From: a virus
Virus record (IMG/VR): IMGVR_UViG_3300025101_000019
Span: 96,001-160,000 of that record
Reading direction: 5' to 3' (one strand)
Length of the DNA stretch: 64,000 nt
Part shown: piece by piece, positions 37,555-46,694 of the stretch
How the letters are laid out: the number at the start of each line of letters is the position of its first letter
Position numbering within the stretch: the first letter of the stretch is position 1
The notes under the pieces: generated by a model
Told to the model about the DNA's origin: nothing
Databases searched by the model: none
The model's input: the letters and a program-made list of their open reading frames with translations, nothing else
Program-made: the position numbers and the translations under genes

Positions 37555-40070
37555 TAAAATCCAAAAAATTCTGAAGCTTTATTTAGATTTGGATTTGGTT
37601 TCTCCCAATCCATAGCTTTATAGAAGTCATCAAGTTTATTTTCTAACTCCTTTTCCCAAATTTTATCGTAGTCAATATATTGTTCTACAAGATTTAAAAT
37701 CTGAGGTGGGTCATTGTGACCTTTTAGTCCTGTCGTATCTAATCCGAGAGGATTCTTTTTCAAATATACCCACTTAATCTTATCACCATCTTTCATTGGT
37801 TCGTACTTGTATGGTACTTTATAGAAAGCAAGTAATTGATTATATGTTATTGCTGCCTTAACATGCGCAGGTGACCCCTTTTGGAATTCACCTAATACTT
37901 GTGTCTTTGTTGTATACTTACTCATACCTTTGACCGCTGAGTTCTTTGCGATATCAATGAATGGTCGGTCTTCCATACCTTTTTTGTAATCAAGAATCTT
38001 AGTATCAATCTCCTTTTTATCAACCGACCTTAGAATATCTAACAAAACAGTCTTCATAACTTCCTTAAAATATGTTGGGAATGAACTTCTTTTTACATCC
38101 AATCCTTTCACATCTAACTTATCACAATCAACTTCATTATCATTGATAATCCATTGTGCGTATCTTTTCTTTGATACCCAAAACCCACCCTTTGCAATCG
38201 TTTCTTGTTTAATATCAAATTTATGTGTATCGATGTTAAATAACTTTTTTGCCATCGTATCATAAACTTTGTTGATATGACCTTCGACTTCTTTTGCTGC
38301 GGATATAATCGCAGGAATCATTTCTTCATCCGACTCTTCATTAAGTTGTGGATTCCTAGCTTTTACTAACGGCGCTGCTTGATAAAAAACAGAATCAGTA
38401 TCGGTATAAACATTGTAGTCATCTTCTTTTCCTATTACTTTTGAATAATATTGATTTGCAATCAACTCAGTTGTTTTAATTACAGTTTGACCTGTAATTG
38501 TAGTTGCTTCTGCGTTATCCACATCGTAGAATCTGAATGATGGTAATCCCAACACCCCATACAATGAGTTTAACATAATCTTTTGTACTAATTGTCGTTT
38601 ACCATAAAACTTGTATTGTTCGTCATTACCTTCTTTACCATACTTTTTCATCAAGTCTTTGTATTCAACTCGTTTGTCAAACCAAACACTTAGTATTTCA
38701 GGTATAACTCCAACTTTATCTGTTCTATATAAAACACCATTTGCAGCAACAGAGTATCTATTCTTTTCAATAAACTTTAGAAATTTATCTTTAGGTAGTG
38801 GTGGAAACTCATTACCCTCATCATCCAAAATAGAGTAAGTATCAATCTTACCTCTCATATGGTCTTCTGCTACATAATTCTTAAGTTTACCAATCTTAGT
38901 TTCAGGTGAGATATTGATACTCATAATGATTGATGGATATAGTGATGTTAAATCCAAATCATAAACCCATTTGTAAAGACCAGGTTTTGGTTCTTTTACA
39001 TATGCGCCTGTAAACTTCCCTTCACCATCAGACCCATCTGCGTTTCGTTTCTTTCTCCATGGTTTATTGGGTGCTACCCTACCACTCCTTCTAAGGAATG
39101 TAAGAATAGCTCCCTCTAACCATTTAGATGAAAACAGAAAGTCTTCGTAGAACACATGACCTGTATGACATATTGCCCTTGCTAAGTCAATGAATTGTAA
39201 TTTCTTATCCAAGTCAACTACCAACTCAACATCAACTAAGTTATACTCAATAAACTTTTCAATATCATCTCTGAATAGTTGGTCTAAGTTTCCTTCATAC
39301 TCAATCTTACCTCGACCTAACTCAATTGTTGCAACAGTATCTAATCGATAGTTGGGTAGTTCTGTAAAGTTATAACACTTATATAAAGCGAGATAATCTA
39401 ATGCAGATACTCCTGCAATAATATATCTGTTTCTGTACTTGTTGTATGATACTTTACCAATTGGTGATAATTGATTTGCATATTGTTGACCGAATAGTAG
39501 TTTATATCTATTGTAAAGATATGTAACATCAAAGAAATCAATATTCCACCCCGTTACAATAGTTGGATTTATCTCTCTCCACTTGGACATAAACGCTGAT
39601 AATAATCCCTCTTCAGTATCAAATGATTCTACCTTTGCACCTTTGATTGTTTTATCAATCTTTTCACCTTTGTTAACTACATAGACAAAATAGTCATTTG
39701 TAATTGAGTCATGTGCTGCGATTGAAGTAATTGCGTTACTTGCAGTTTCAATATCAGGCAACCCACTATTCATTTCAACCTCAATATCAAATGTTAGAAT
39801 TGTATGTCCTGTTGATAGTTCGTCTGAATCACCATACTCATCAATTAGAAACCTCGTCATTTCATTAACATCAGACTCATATAATTTTAAGTCATCATCT
39901 TGTTTCCAATAATTTAATTTCTTAAGTCGTTCACCATGAATGGATTGATGTGCTCCATTACCATCTCTTACATAGGCGTACCTACGATACTTAGATGTAA
40001 AGTAACCTTTTTCATCATCCCAACAATGGATGATAGACTTTTCTTTTTCGAAGAATACATTTTGATACAT
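37554..40070 (-). CDS. DNA polymerase family B (gp43-like)
   Basis: FDIE, GWNIDFFD, YNLVD exonuclease motifs; DLTSLYPS, KIMLNSLYG, YTDTDS. Confidence 0.97.
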   Translation of the reverse strand: MYQNVFFEKEKSIIHCWDDEKGYFTSKYRRYAYVRDGNGAHQSIHGERLKKLNYWKQDDDLKLYESDVNEMTRFLIDEYGDSDELSTGHTILTFDIEVEMNSGLPDIETASNAITSIAAHDSITNDYFVYVVNKGEKIDKTIKGAKVESFDTEEGLLSAFMSKWREINPTIVTGWNIDFFDVTYLYNRYKLLFGQQYANQLSPIGKVSYNKYRNRYIIAGVSALDYLALYKCYNFTELPNYRLDTVATIELGRGKIEYEGNLDQLFRDDIEKFIEYNLVDVELVVDLDKKLQFIDLARAICHTGHVFYEDFLFSSKWLEGAILTFLRRSGRVAPNKPWRKKRNADGSDGEGKFTGAYVKEPKPGLYKWVYDLDLTSLYPSIIMSINISPETKIGKLKNYVAEDHMRGKIDTYSILDDEGNEFPPLPKDKFLKFIEKNRYSVAANGVLYRTDKVGVIPEILSVWFDKRVEYKDLMKKYGKEGNDEQYKFYGKRQLVQKIMLNSLYGVLGLPSFRFYDVDNAEATTITGQTVIKTTELIANQYYSKVIGKEDDYNVYTDTDSVFYQAAPLVKARNPQLNEESDEEMIPAIISAAKEVEGHINKVYDTMAKKLFNIDTHKFDIKQETIAKGGFWVSKKRYAQWIINDNEVDCDKLDVKGLDVKRSSFPTYFKEVMKTVLLDILRSVDKKEIDTKILDYKKGMEDRPFIDIAKNSAVKGMSKYTTKTQVLGEFQKGSPAHVKAAITYNQLLAFYKVPYKYEPMKDGDKIKWVYLKKNPLGLDTTGLKGHNDPPQILNLVEQYIDYDKIWEKELENKLDDFYKAMDWEKPNPNLNKASEFFGF

Positions 40071-40074
40071 ATGT

Positions 40075-40106
40075 TAAATATACGAAATTATTTTGACTTT
40101 ACCAAA
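40075..40106 (-). promoter_or_regulatory. Bacteroidota-type promoter abutting the polB start
   Basis: TTTGG-N19-TATATTTA, 4 nt before ATG. Confidence 0.7.
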
Positions 40107-40887
40107 AGTTAACTGCGTTTTCTGGCGTATAAGTTTCATGTTTTTCAATAGGTGGTAAAAACTCCTCAGGGTCTTTTGGATACGGACTTGTTTTATGTTT
40201 TAACATCTTACTAAGTTTTCGTTTCTCAGATTTGTTTTGACCTAAGATTTGAATGTACCTATGTTTAGGTGCTTCTTTCTTTCGCCAAAAACATGATTTG
40301 TTTTGTTTACCTATTTCTGTTTTTAAGTGTTCTACATTATGTGAACCCCATTTTGAGAATACAGTTCTCGAATGAATCCAATTGTAAGGATTTTCAGTTA
40401 GTGATACTGAATAGTTTGGCATTAGTTGTATATCACGACAATCTTGATATAACCAATTAGTTGCTTGGTAAATGCCACCGAGGTGTAATTGTTCAGGGTC
40501 TGCGTAACTCAATAACATCTTAATATTTGGTGCATTTTCTCTCATCCATTTAAAAGACTGACCCATTGAGTATGATTCTACATTTGAACCATATCCATCG
40601 TGTATAAACAATCTTGTCAATTCTAAACACTCATCTTTTTCTAAACCATCAATTACAGACTTAATCGCTGAACGACCTACGGGATATCCATATACCAAAC
40701 AACCAATTAGTTTTTCACTACCAAAAAACTCACCATCACCTTTGTAATACACACCAAGTGCGTATCTACACATTGTCCATGCGTGAGAGTAGTGATACTT
40801 CACTATCATATGTTTTGCAACACTTTTATTGATTTCTCTGATTGAAACCTTTGAGGCGTCTACATAATGTTTATTAGGTTCTTTCAA
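40099..40887 (-). CDS. Mom-like GNAT DNA-modification protein (paralogue 2)
   Basis: YHYS, LELTRL, VESYSMG, LSYADP..HLGGIYQATNW. Confidence 0.8.
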   Translation of the reverse strand: MKEPNKHYVDASKVSIREINKSVAKHMIVKYHYSHAWTMCRYALGVYYKGDGEFFGSEKLIGCLVYGYPVGRSAIKSVIDGLEKDECLELTRLFIHDGYGSNVESYSMGQSFKWMRENAPNIKMLLSYADPEQLHLGGIYQATNWLYQDCRDIQLMPNYSVSLTENPYNWIHSRTVFSKWGSHNVEHLKTEIGKQNKSCFWRKKEAPKHRYIQILGQNKSEKRKLSKMLKHKTSPYPKDPEEFLPPIEKHETYTPENAVNFW

Positions 40888-41626
40888 TTGGTTCTAATTT
40901 TTTTATTTCTTCTTCAAATAACTCACCCTGTTTAGGATATGGTAGTGAAGGATATTTTAAACTCTTTAATATACGACTTTTTTTTGACTTATCCAAAATA
41001 TAAATGTATCGATGCTTTCTTGGTTCTTTTTTAATCCAAAAAGTTTTACCAATTACCTTTTGTATTTTGGTGGGGTTATTAGTTCCATAATATGGAAATA
41101 TTGTTCTACCATGTTGCCACTCCCCATTTTCTTCAAACTTAAATAACCAACTATCATTTGGTCTTATTCTATTTCCTTGGTATACCCAATTAGTTGACTG
41201 ATATACAGTTCCTAAATGACCTGCTTTGGGGTCTGAGTATGAAATTAATCCTTTGATGTGTTTTGCGTAGGTTCTTAACCACTTAAATGTTTGACCTACA
41301 AACCAACTTTCAATGTTACATCCGTATCCATCAAATACAAATAATCTTGTAAGTTCTAATACTTCTTTTCTATCCAATAACTCTGATATTGATTGCCCAG
41401 AGTGTCTTCCGATTGGGTCACCATATGTTGCAACACCGATTAACTTATCTGTCGATGAAAAGAAAGAGTGTGAGTTATCCTCAATATACAATCCCAAACA
41501 ATAACTAACCTTTGTCCATATACCACTATAATGGTTTTTTATGATAATGTCCTTTGCTACTGATTTTGAGATAGGTCTTACGGATAACTTTGAAATATCT
41601 GTATACTCTTTCCCTTTAATTTTCAT
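40874..41626 (-). CDS. Mom-like GNAT DNA-modification protein (paralogue 3)
   Basis: NHYS, LELTRL, IESWFVG, ISYSDP..GHLGTVYQSTNWVYQG. Confidence 0.8.
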   Translation of the reverse strand: MKIKGKEYTDISKLSVRPISKSVAKDIIIKNHYSGIWTKVSYCLGLYIEDNSHSFFSSTDKLIGVATYGDPIGRHSGQSISELLDRKEVLELTRLFVFDGYGCNIESWFVGQTFKWLRTYAKHIKGLISYSDPKAGHLGTVYQSTNWVYQGNRIRPNDSWLFKFEENGEWQHGRTIFPYYGTNNPTKIQKVIGKTFWIKKEPRKHRYIYILDKSKKSRILKSLKYPSLPYPKQGELFEEEIKKLEPIERT

Positions 41627-41826
41627 TGATACTCGTTAAACTCACCAAATAGTAAGTGTTTCCAAGTTTCACCTCTAACAATTTTTCTTATGTTAGCAGG
41701 TGATACTCCATTGTTTCTTGCCAATACTCTAATATTACGATGACCCACTTGCCATAATTTACGAATAGACCTTACTTGTCTTTCCGTTAATTTATGTTGT
41801 GGATGTAATTCACCTCTTAATGCCAT
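41623..41826 (-). CDS. stand-alone HTH protein resembling the C-terminal DNA-binding domain of HNH endonucleases
   Basis: GELHPQHKLTERQVRSIR..LARNNGVSPANIRKIVRGETWKHL; ATG at 41826. Confidence 0.7.
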   Translation of the reverse strand: MALRGELHPQHKLTERQVRSIRKLWQVGHRNIRVLARNNGVSPANIRKIVRGETWKHLLFGEFNEYQ

Positions 41827-41840
41827 TCTAAATCTTTTCA

Positions 41841-41872
41841 CTAATATACGAAATTTATTTTAATTTTCCAAA
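41841..41872 (-). promoter_or_regulatory. Bacteroidota-type promoter for the HTH-Mom-Mom unit
   Basis: TTTGG-N19-TATATTAG. Confidence 0.7.
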
Positions 41873-42417
41873 ATTATATCACCACTTTTTAATCCACTTG
41901 GTTCGATATCCCATAGATTAATTGCTATTGCGTGTCTTGTACCACGAGTAACTTTAGTAACTCTATGTGGATGGGCGCCTGCAGGGAATATAACCAGTCT
42001 ATTATACTTTGGTTCTAATCTTTCAGGTTCACCATCTTGACCATGTGGATATATTTCAAGATAACCACCATCAATATCATTTTCCCAAGGATAGTAAACT
42101 GTTCCAATTATTGGTGTAATAATTTCGTTTGTTCTCCAGTAATGTGCTTCGTCTTTGTCAAAATGGAATGGTAGTTCATCCTTTTCTTCAAACTCCGAGT
42201 AAATGCCTGTCCAATATTCGAATCCTGTAACACTTAATGGTTCGTATGGTGAGTTCTCACCCCAAATGTATTCTATCAACCTTTTTTTAAGTGTATCGGT
42301 AGGTGAATTCCACCAACCATCCCACCACATATAACTTTTATCATTAAAAAATGTGGTGTCATTCTTTAAATCATTCAATAGACTTTCGTCTTTTATAAAA
42401 TCATCTATTACTATCAT
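41860..42417 (-). CDS. 2OG-Fe(II) oxygenase (prolyl-hydroxylase-like)
   Basis: HFDKD, GGYLEI, PKYNRLVIF..HRV, RHAIAIN. Confidence 0.85.
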   Translation of the reverse strand: MIVIDDFIKDESLLNDLKNDTTFFNDKSYMWWDGWWNSPTDTLKKRLIEYIWGENSPYEPLSVTGFEYWTGIYSEFEEKDELPFHFDKDEAHYWRTNEIITPIIGTVYYPWENDIDGGYLEIYPHGQDGEPERLEPKYNRLVIFPAGAHPHRVTKVTRGTRHAIAINLWDIEPSGLKSGDIILEN

Positions 42418-43505
42418 AAACTTTCTACTTTCTTAAGTGCGGATGCGATTACTTGATGCATATCATAGTATTTGTACTCTGCCAACCTACCACCAAATAT
42501 TACTTTATCTTGACCATCCGCAAGTTTTTTATATTTGTTATACATCTCATTGTTAATTTTATCATTTACAGGATAATATGGTTCTACCCCTCTTTCGTAA
42601 AGTTGTGGATATTCCCAACTAACATAAGTTCCTTTTTGATTCTGATTATCAAAATGTTTATGTTCTATGGTTCGAGTATAAGGTGTTTCTGAATCCGTAT
42701 AGTTCATTAATGCACATCCTTGATAATTATCTTTTGATTTATACATTTTATGCATCCAATGTAAAGACTTGTATTCTAAGTCACCATATTTGTAATCGAA
42801 GTACTTATCAATCGGACCTGTATAAATTACTTTATTACCCATATCATCCCAAAAGTCTTTTTTATCAAAATAATCCGTTTCTGTAAATACTTCAATACCT
42901 TCTAATAGTCTTTCAAATATCTGAGTGTATCCACCGATTGGTATTCCTTGATATTTGTCATTGAAGTAATTGTTATTATATGTGTATCTTACAGGCAATC
43001 TTTTGATAATTGACTTTGGTAACAACTTAGCTGGCTTCATCCATTGTTTTTGGGTGTAACCTTTTATTAACTTTTCGTAAATGTCGTCACCAACAAGTGC
43101 TTTCGCCTGTTCTTCTAAATTAGTTGGAGTATCCTTAAATCTTTGTGATTCAATCCTTTGTTTTGCTCCTTCGGGTGTCGTTACACCCCACATTTTGTTG
43201 AATGTATACATATTGAAAGGTAACGGATATATTTCACCCTTATAGTTTGCAACTATATTCAATTGGAATTGATGAAAATCTACAAACTGATTTATCCAAT
43301 GCCAAACCTTATCATTATTTGTATGAAATATATGTGGTCCATATTTGTGTACATGAATACCTTCTATTTCTTCGGTATAACAATTACCACCGATGTGGTC
43401 TCGTTTTTCTAATACAAGAACCTTTTTACCTTTTTCTCTAAGTTCGTATGCACATACTGCACCAAAGAATCCAGAACCTACAATAATGTAATCGTATTTA
43501 GCCAT
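42414..43505 (-). CDS. glf: UDP-galactopyranose mutase
   Basis: VGSGFFG, IGGNCY, HKYGPHIFHT, YFNDKYQGIP, GRLAEYKYYDM. Confidence 0.95.
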   Translation of the reverse strand: MAKYDYIIVGSGFFGAVCAYELREKGKKVLVLEKRDHIGGNCYTEEIEGIHVHKYGPHIFHTNNDKVWHWINQFVDFHQFQLNIVANYKGEIYPLPFNMYTFNKMWGVTTPEGAKQRIESQRFKDTPTNLEEQAKALVGDDIYEKLIKGYTQKQWMKPAKLLPKSIIKRLPVRYTYNNNYFNDKYQGIPIGGYTQIFERLLEGIEVFTETDYFDKKDFWDDMGNKVIYTGPIDKYFDYKYGDLEYKSLHWMHKMYKSKDNYQGCALMNYTDSETPYTRTIEHKHFDNQNQKGTYVSWEYPQLYERGVEPYYPVNDKINNEMYNKYKKLADGQDKVIFGGRLAEYKYYDMHQVIASALKKVESL

Positions 43506-44628
43506 TCAATCCTCTTAATGCTTTAGTATGAAGTTCTTTTGGATATTCACTTGTATCGTAATATGCGGTATCCTCTATTATAAACTGAAGATTTGGGAAT
43601 GGGTTTTTTCTGTTTAAATCTACTAACATTTTAGTACATTGTAATGCTTTACTAAAGTGTTTTCGTTCCAAGTATATTTCTGCCAATCTGGCGTATGATT
43701 CATTTCTGTCGTGACAAAACTCAACACTTTTATTCAACCACTCTATTTGTTTATCAATTTGACCCATCCACCTGTATGCAGCTGCTATTCCACAACAACA
43801 CCAATAAGAAAATTCATCTTTTGTAGATGATACTAAATTATTCTCTTTGTACTCTGGATTTACTTTATAAAGATATTGTTCAAAATAAAATATACATCGT
43901 CTTGCAAACTCTTTCCTATGGTCTTCACCAAATGGAAAATTATCACCAAGTGTATCGTGATAGGATTTTGCTATGTAGAATAAATGATAATTATCCTCTA
44001 AGACTTTATTGTTTGGGACTACATCAAGTTCTAAGTTTAATGCATCTTTTAAAAACTTCATTGGTTGTAACCAAGTTTGTCCATCGTTAGTTAGAATGTG
44101 TCTAAACTTTTTGTCTAATGGTACTCGTTGAAATCCTTCACCAACATCATCTCTATCTAAATAAATTGTCTCATGCGCTTTTTCTGGGTAGAATGCCCAT
44201 GGTTCTTTTGCATTCCATAACCAAGTTCTAAAATACTTTACACCTGGCCCTTGACATGGTACATTGAAACTCTGAATGGATGTATCGTTAAATACAGACC
44301 AATCAAAATCATCATCCACTTGTAATTGTTCGTCTGCATCAACTCTAAGTATCCAATCACACCCATGGTCTGCACTTAATGCAGTTTTTATACAATGGTC
44401 TCTGTTTATTCCATGACCCTTCCACCAATCTAATTGATATAAGAAACCAGGTATTCCTTTAGCTTCAAAGAAGTTCTTAATTATATCTTGTGTTCCATCA
44501 GTTGAACCATTATCTTGAATAACCCAATAGTCGATATACTCGTAAACACTCTCTAACATCCTTGTGATGACATGAGCTTCGTTATTTACCATTGTGTTAA
44601 AACAAAACTTTGCAGTAGTGTTTTTCAT
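43498..44628 (-). CDS. glycosyltransferase family 2 with TPR-like C-terminus
   Basis: VNNEAHVI, DNGSTDGT, VDADE, HE; helical repeats. Confidence 0.85.
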   Translation of the reverse strand: MKNTTAKFCFNTMVNNEAHVITRMLESVYEYIDYWVIQDNGSTDGTQDIIKNFFEAKGIPGFLYQLDWWKGHGINRDHCIKTALSADHGCDWILRVDADEQLQVDDDFDWSVFNDTSIQSFNVPCQGPGVKYFRTWLWNAKEPWAFYPEKAHETIYLDRDDVGEGFQRVPLDKKFRHILTNDGQTWLQPMKFLKDALNLELDVVPNNKVLEDNYHLFYIAKSYHDTLGDNFPFGEDHRKEFARRCIFYFEQYLYKVNPEYKENNLVSSTKDEFSYWCCCGIAAAYRWMGQIDKQIEWLNKSVEFCHDRNESYARLAEIYLERKHFSKALQCTKMLVDLNRKNPFPNLQFIIEDTAYYDTSEYPKELHTKALRGLNG

Positions 44629-44644
44629 AACTTATTAATTGTTT

Positions 44645-44881
44645 TTATGCAGATAGATATTCGTTTACAGGTTTTACACCAATGTGTCTTTTCACTTCAA
44701 CTCCACCTTCTAATAACACAACAGTCGGTACACTTCTGATTCCGTACTTTTGTGCAAAGTCTGGTTGTTCATCTACATTTATTTTATTTACGGGAATAGT
44801 ATTCCCCACCTGTTCCATTACGGGACTCAACATTTTACATGGACCACACCATGGTGCTGAAAAGTACAAATATTCTTTCAT
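44645..44881 (-). CDS. thioredoxin
   Basis: FSAPWCGPCK, IRSVPT. Confidence 0.95.
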   Translation of the reverse strand: MKEYLYFSAPWCGPCKMLSPVMEQVGNTIPVNKINVDEQPDFAQKYGIRSVPTVVLLEGGVEVKRHIGVKPVNEYLSA

Positions 44882-44898
44882 TACTTACCTTTTTTTAA

Positions 44899-46683
44899 TT
44901 AACCATCACAGGATACACAATCGGGGTCTAATGCTCGTGCTGCGATATCACCACGAAGGACAGACTCCGTTCTCATATAATATAAAGTTTTGATTCCTTG
45001 TTTCCATGCTTCTAAAGTAACTTGATTAATCCACTTTGGACTTGCTTCAGATGGAAATGCCAGATTCAACGAAACTCCTTGGTCAATATATTGTTGTCTA
45101 ACACCCGCTTGTCTAACCAATTCTAATTGATTAATCTCTTTGAATGTTTTAAAAACATCTTTGACCCAAAAGACTTGGTCTTTATCAAATGCTTCTTGAG
45201 GAATGTCTTCTCTTTTTAAGAGTTTACCATCAACATATCCCCAATCGTCCAATTCTTTAATATCTTGAACTGAACCACCATCTTCTAAAACTTTATCCCA
45301 AGTTCCTTTTTTGTTAATACCCACTTTTCTAAATACCTTTTCTAATTCAAGGTTTTTACGAATGAATGTTCCCTTTGCCGTTTGTTCCGTAAATACATTG
45401 GAAGGCCAAGGTTCAATTCCTGCGGATACATTACCACTTAATTTAGAATTAGAAACAGTAGGAGCAATTGCTCTTAAGTGTGTGTTTCTAAATCCACTAT
45501 CTTTACACCATAATGGTTCACCATACTCGGTAGCCATATCTCTTGATGCTCTTTCTGATTCAATCTTTAACTGAGAAAAAATCTTACGAGTTTCAAATTG
45601 AGCAGGTAATCCTTCAAAGGAAATACCTTTTCTTTGTAAGTAAGTGTGCCATCCTAAGACACCCAAACCTAATGCTCTACCTTTTTCTGCTGAACGAACT
45701 GCGTTTTCAAATCCTCTCATATTCTTAGCTTTTTGTAAGAATTCTGAAAGTACACCATCTAAAAAGTATGTAGCGGTGTATATTAAATCTGTATCTTTCC
45801 ACTCATCGTACTTTGCTAAGTTGAGTGAGGATAAACAACAAACAAAACTATGTGATTCATCTGTATGTAATGTGATTTCAGAACAGATGTTTGTCATATG
45901 GACTTTTAATCCATTGTTTTTGTACATTGGTGGATTTGCTTTGTTGATATTACCTTTATACATTATATAAGGTTCACCTGTTGCTTTTCTTTTTTGAAGT
46001 ACTTTACCCCATTTTCTTCTTGCTTCTGGGTCAGCTTCTTCTAATCTTCTCATAAACTTATCACCAACAACTACACATTGATGTAAATTTAAACATTGTC
46101 TGTTTACATCACCCTTTGGTTCTCTGATTTCAATCCACTCATCAAAATCACCATGTTCGATGTTTAAGTTTACGGATGCTGCTCCTCTTCGTACTGCTCC
46201 TTGATTTGTAGCAAGGATTGTAGAATCATAAATCTTAGCAAATGGAACAACACCATCGGATGTACCATTTTGAGTAATATTAGAACCTGCAGGTCTAATC
46301 ATATTTAAACCTACACCTACTCCACCACCATGTTTGGCGAGTAACATCATCTCTAAGTTCTTTTTACCGATATCATTTATTGAGTCTGCGACATCAATTC
46401 CAAAACAACTGATTGGTAGTCCTCTGTCTGTACCTGTATTTGATAGTACAGGTGATGCTAAATTTAACCAACCTTTCCAAATGTAATCAAAGAATTTTGA
46501 TGCAAGTTGTGGTTTTTCTAATCTACGAGCTACTGCCGTTGATACTCTCCAATATGCATCTTTTGGTTTTTCTCCAGGTAGTAAATAACCATTTGATATA
46601 GTTTTTACATATATTTCTGTATTTGCCCAAACGGGAAAATCCGTACCTATTTCCCATTCTAAATGTTCTGCGTGATTCTTCAT
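44899..46683 (-). CDS. nrdA: ribonucleotide reductase class I alpha subunit (no ATP cone)
   Basis: PISCF, GGGVG, TNICSEI, IAPT, KTLYY, CVSCDG; start MKNH at 46683. Confidence 0.95.
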   Translation of the reverse strand: MKNHAEHLEWEIGTDFPVWANTEIYVKTISNGYLLPGEKPKDAYWRVSTAVARRLEKPQLASKFFDYIWKGWLNLASPVLSNTGTDRGLPISCFGIDVADSINDIGKKNLEMMLLAKHGGGVGVGLNMIRPAGSNITQNGTSDGVVPFAKIYDSTILATNQGAVRRGAASVNLNIEHGDFDEWIEIREPKGDVNRQCLNLHQCVVVGDKFMRRLEEADPEARRKWGKVLQKRKATGEPYIMYKGNINKANPPMYKNNGLKVHMTNICSEITLHTDESHSFVCCLSSLNLAKYDEWKDTDLIYTATYFLDGVLSEFLQKAKNMRGFENAVRSAEKGRALGLGVLGWHTYLQRKGISFEGLPAQFETRKIFSQLKIESERASRDMATEYGEPLWCKDSGFRNTHLRAIAPTVSNSKLSGNVSAGIEPWPSNVFTEQTAKGTFIRKNLELEKVFRKVGINKKGTWDKVLEDGGSVQDIKELDDWGYVDGKLLKREDIPQEAFDKDQVFWVKDVFKTFKEINQLELVRQAGVRQQYIDQGVSLNLAFPSEASPKWINQVTLEAWKQGIKTLYYMRTESVLRGDIAARALDPDCVSCDG

Positions 46684-46694
46684 AACTTGTTTTC

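Noticed and set aside
41623-41826. Active homing endonuclease or mobile element
   Set aside because: No HNH or GIY-YIG catalytic domain
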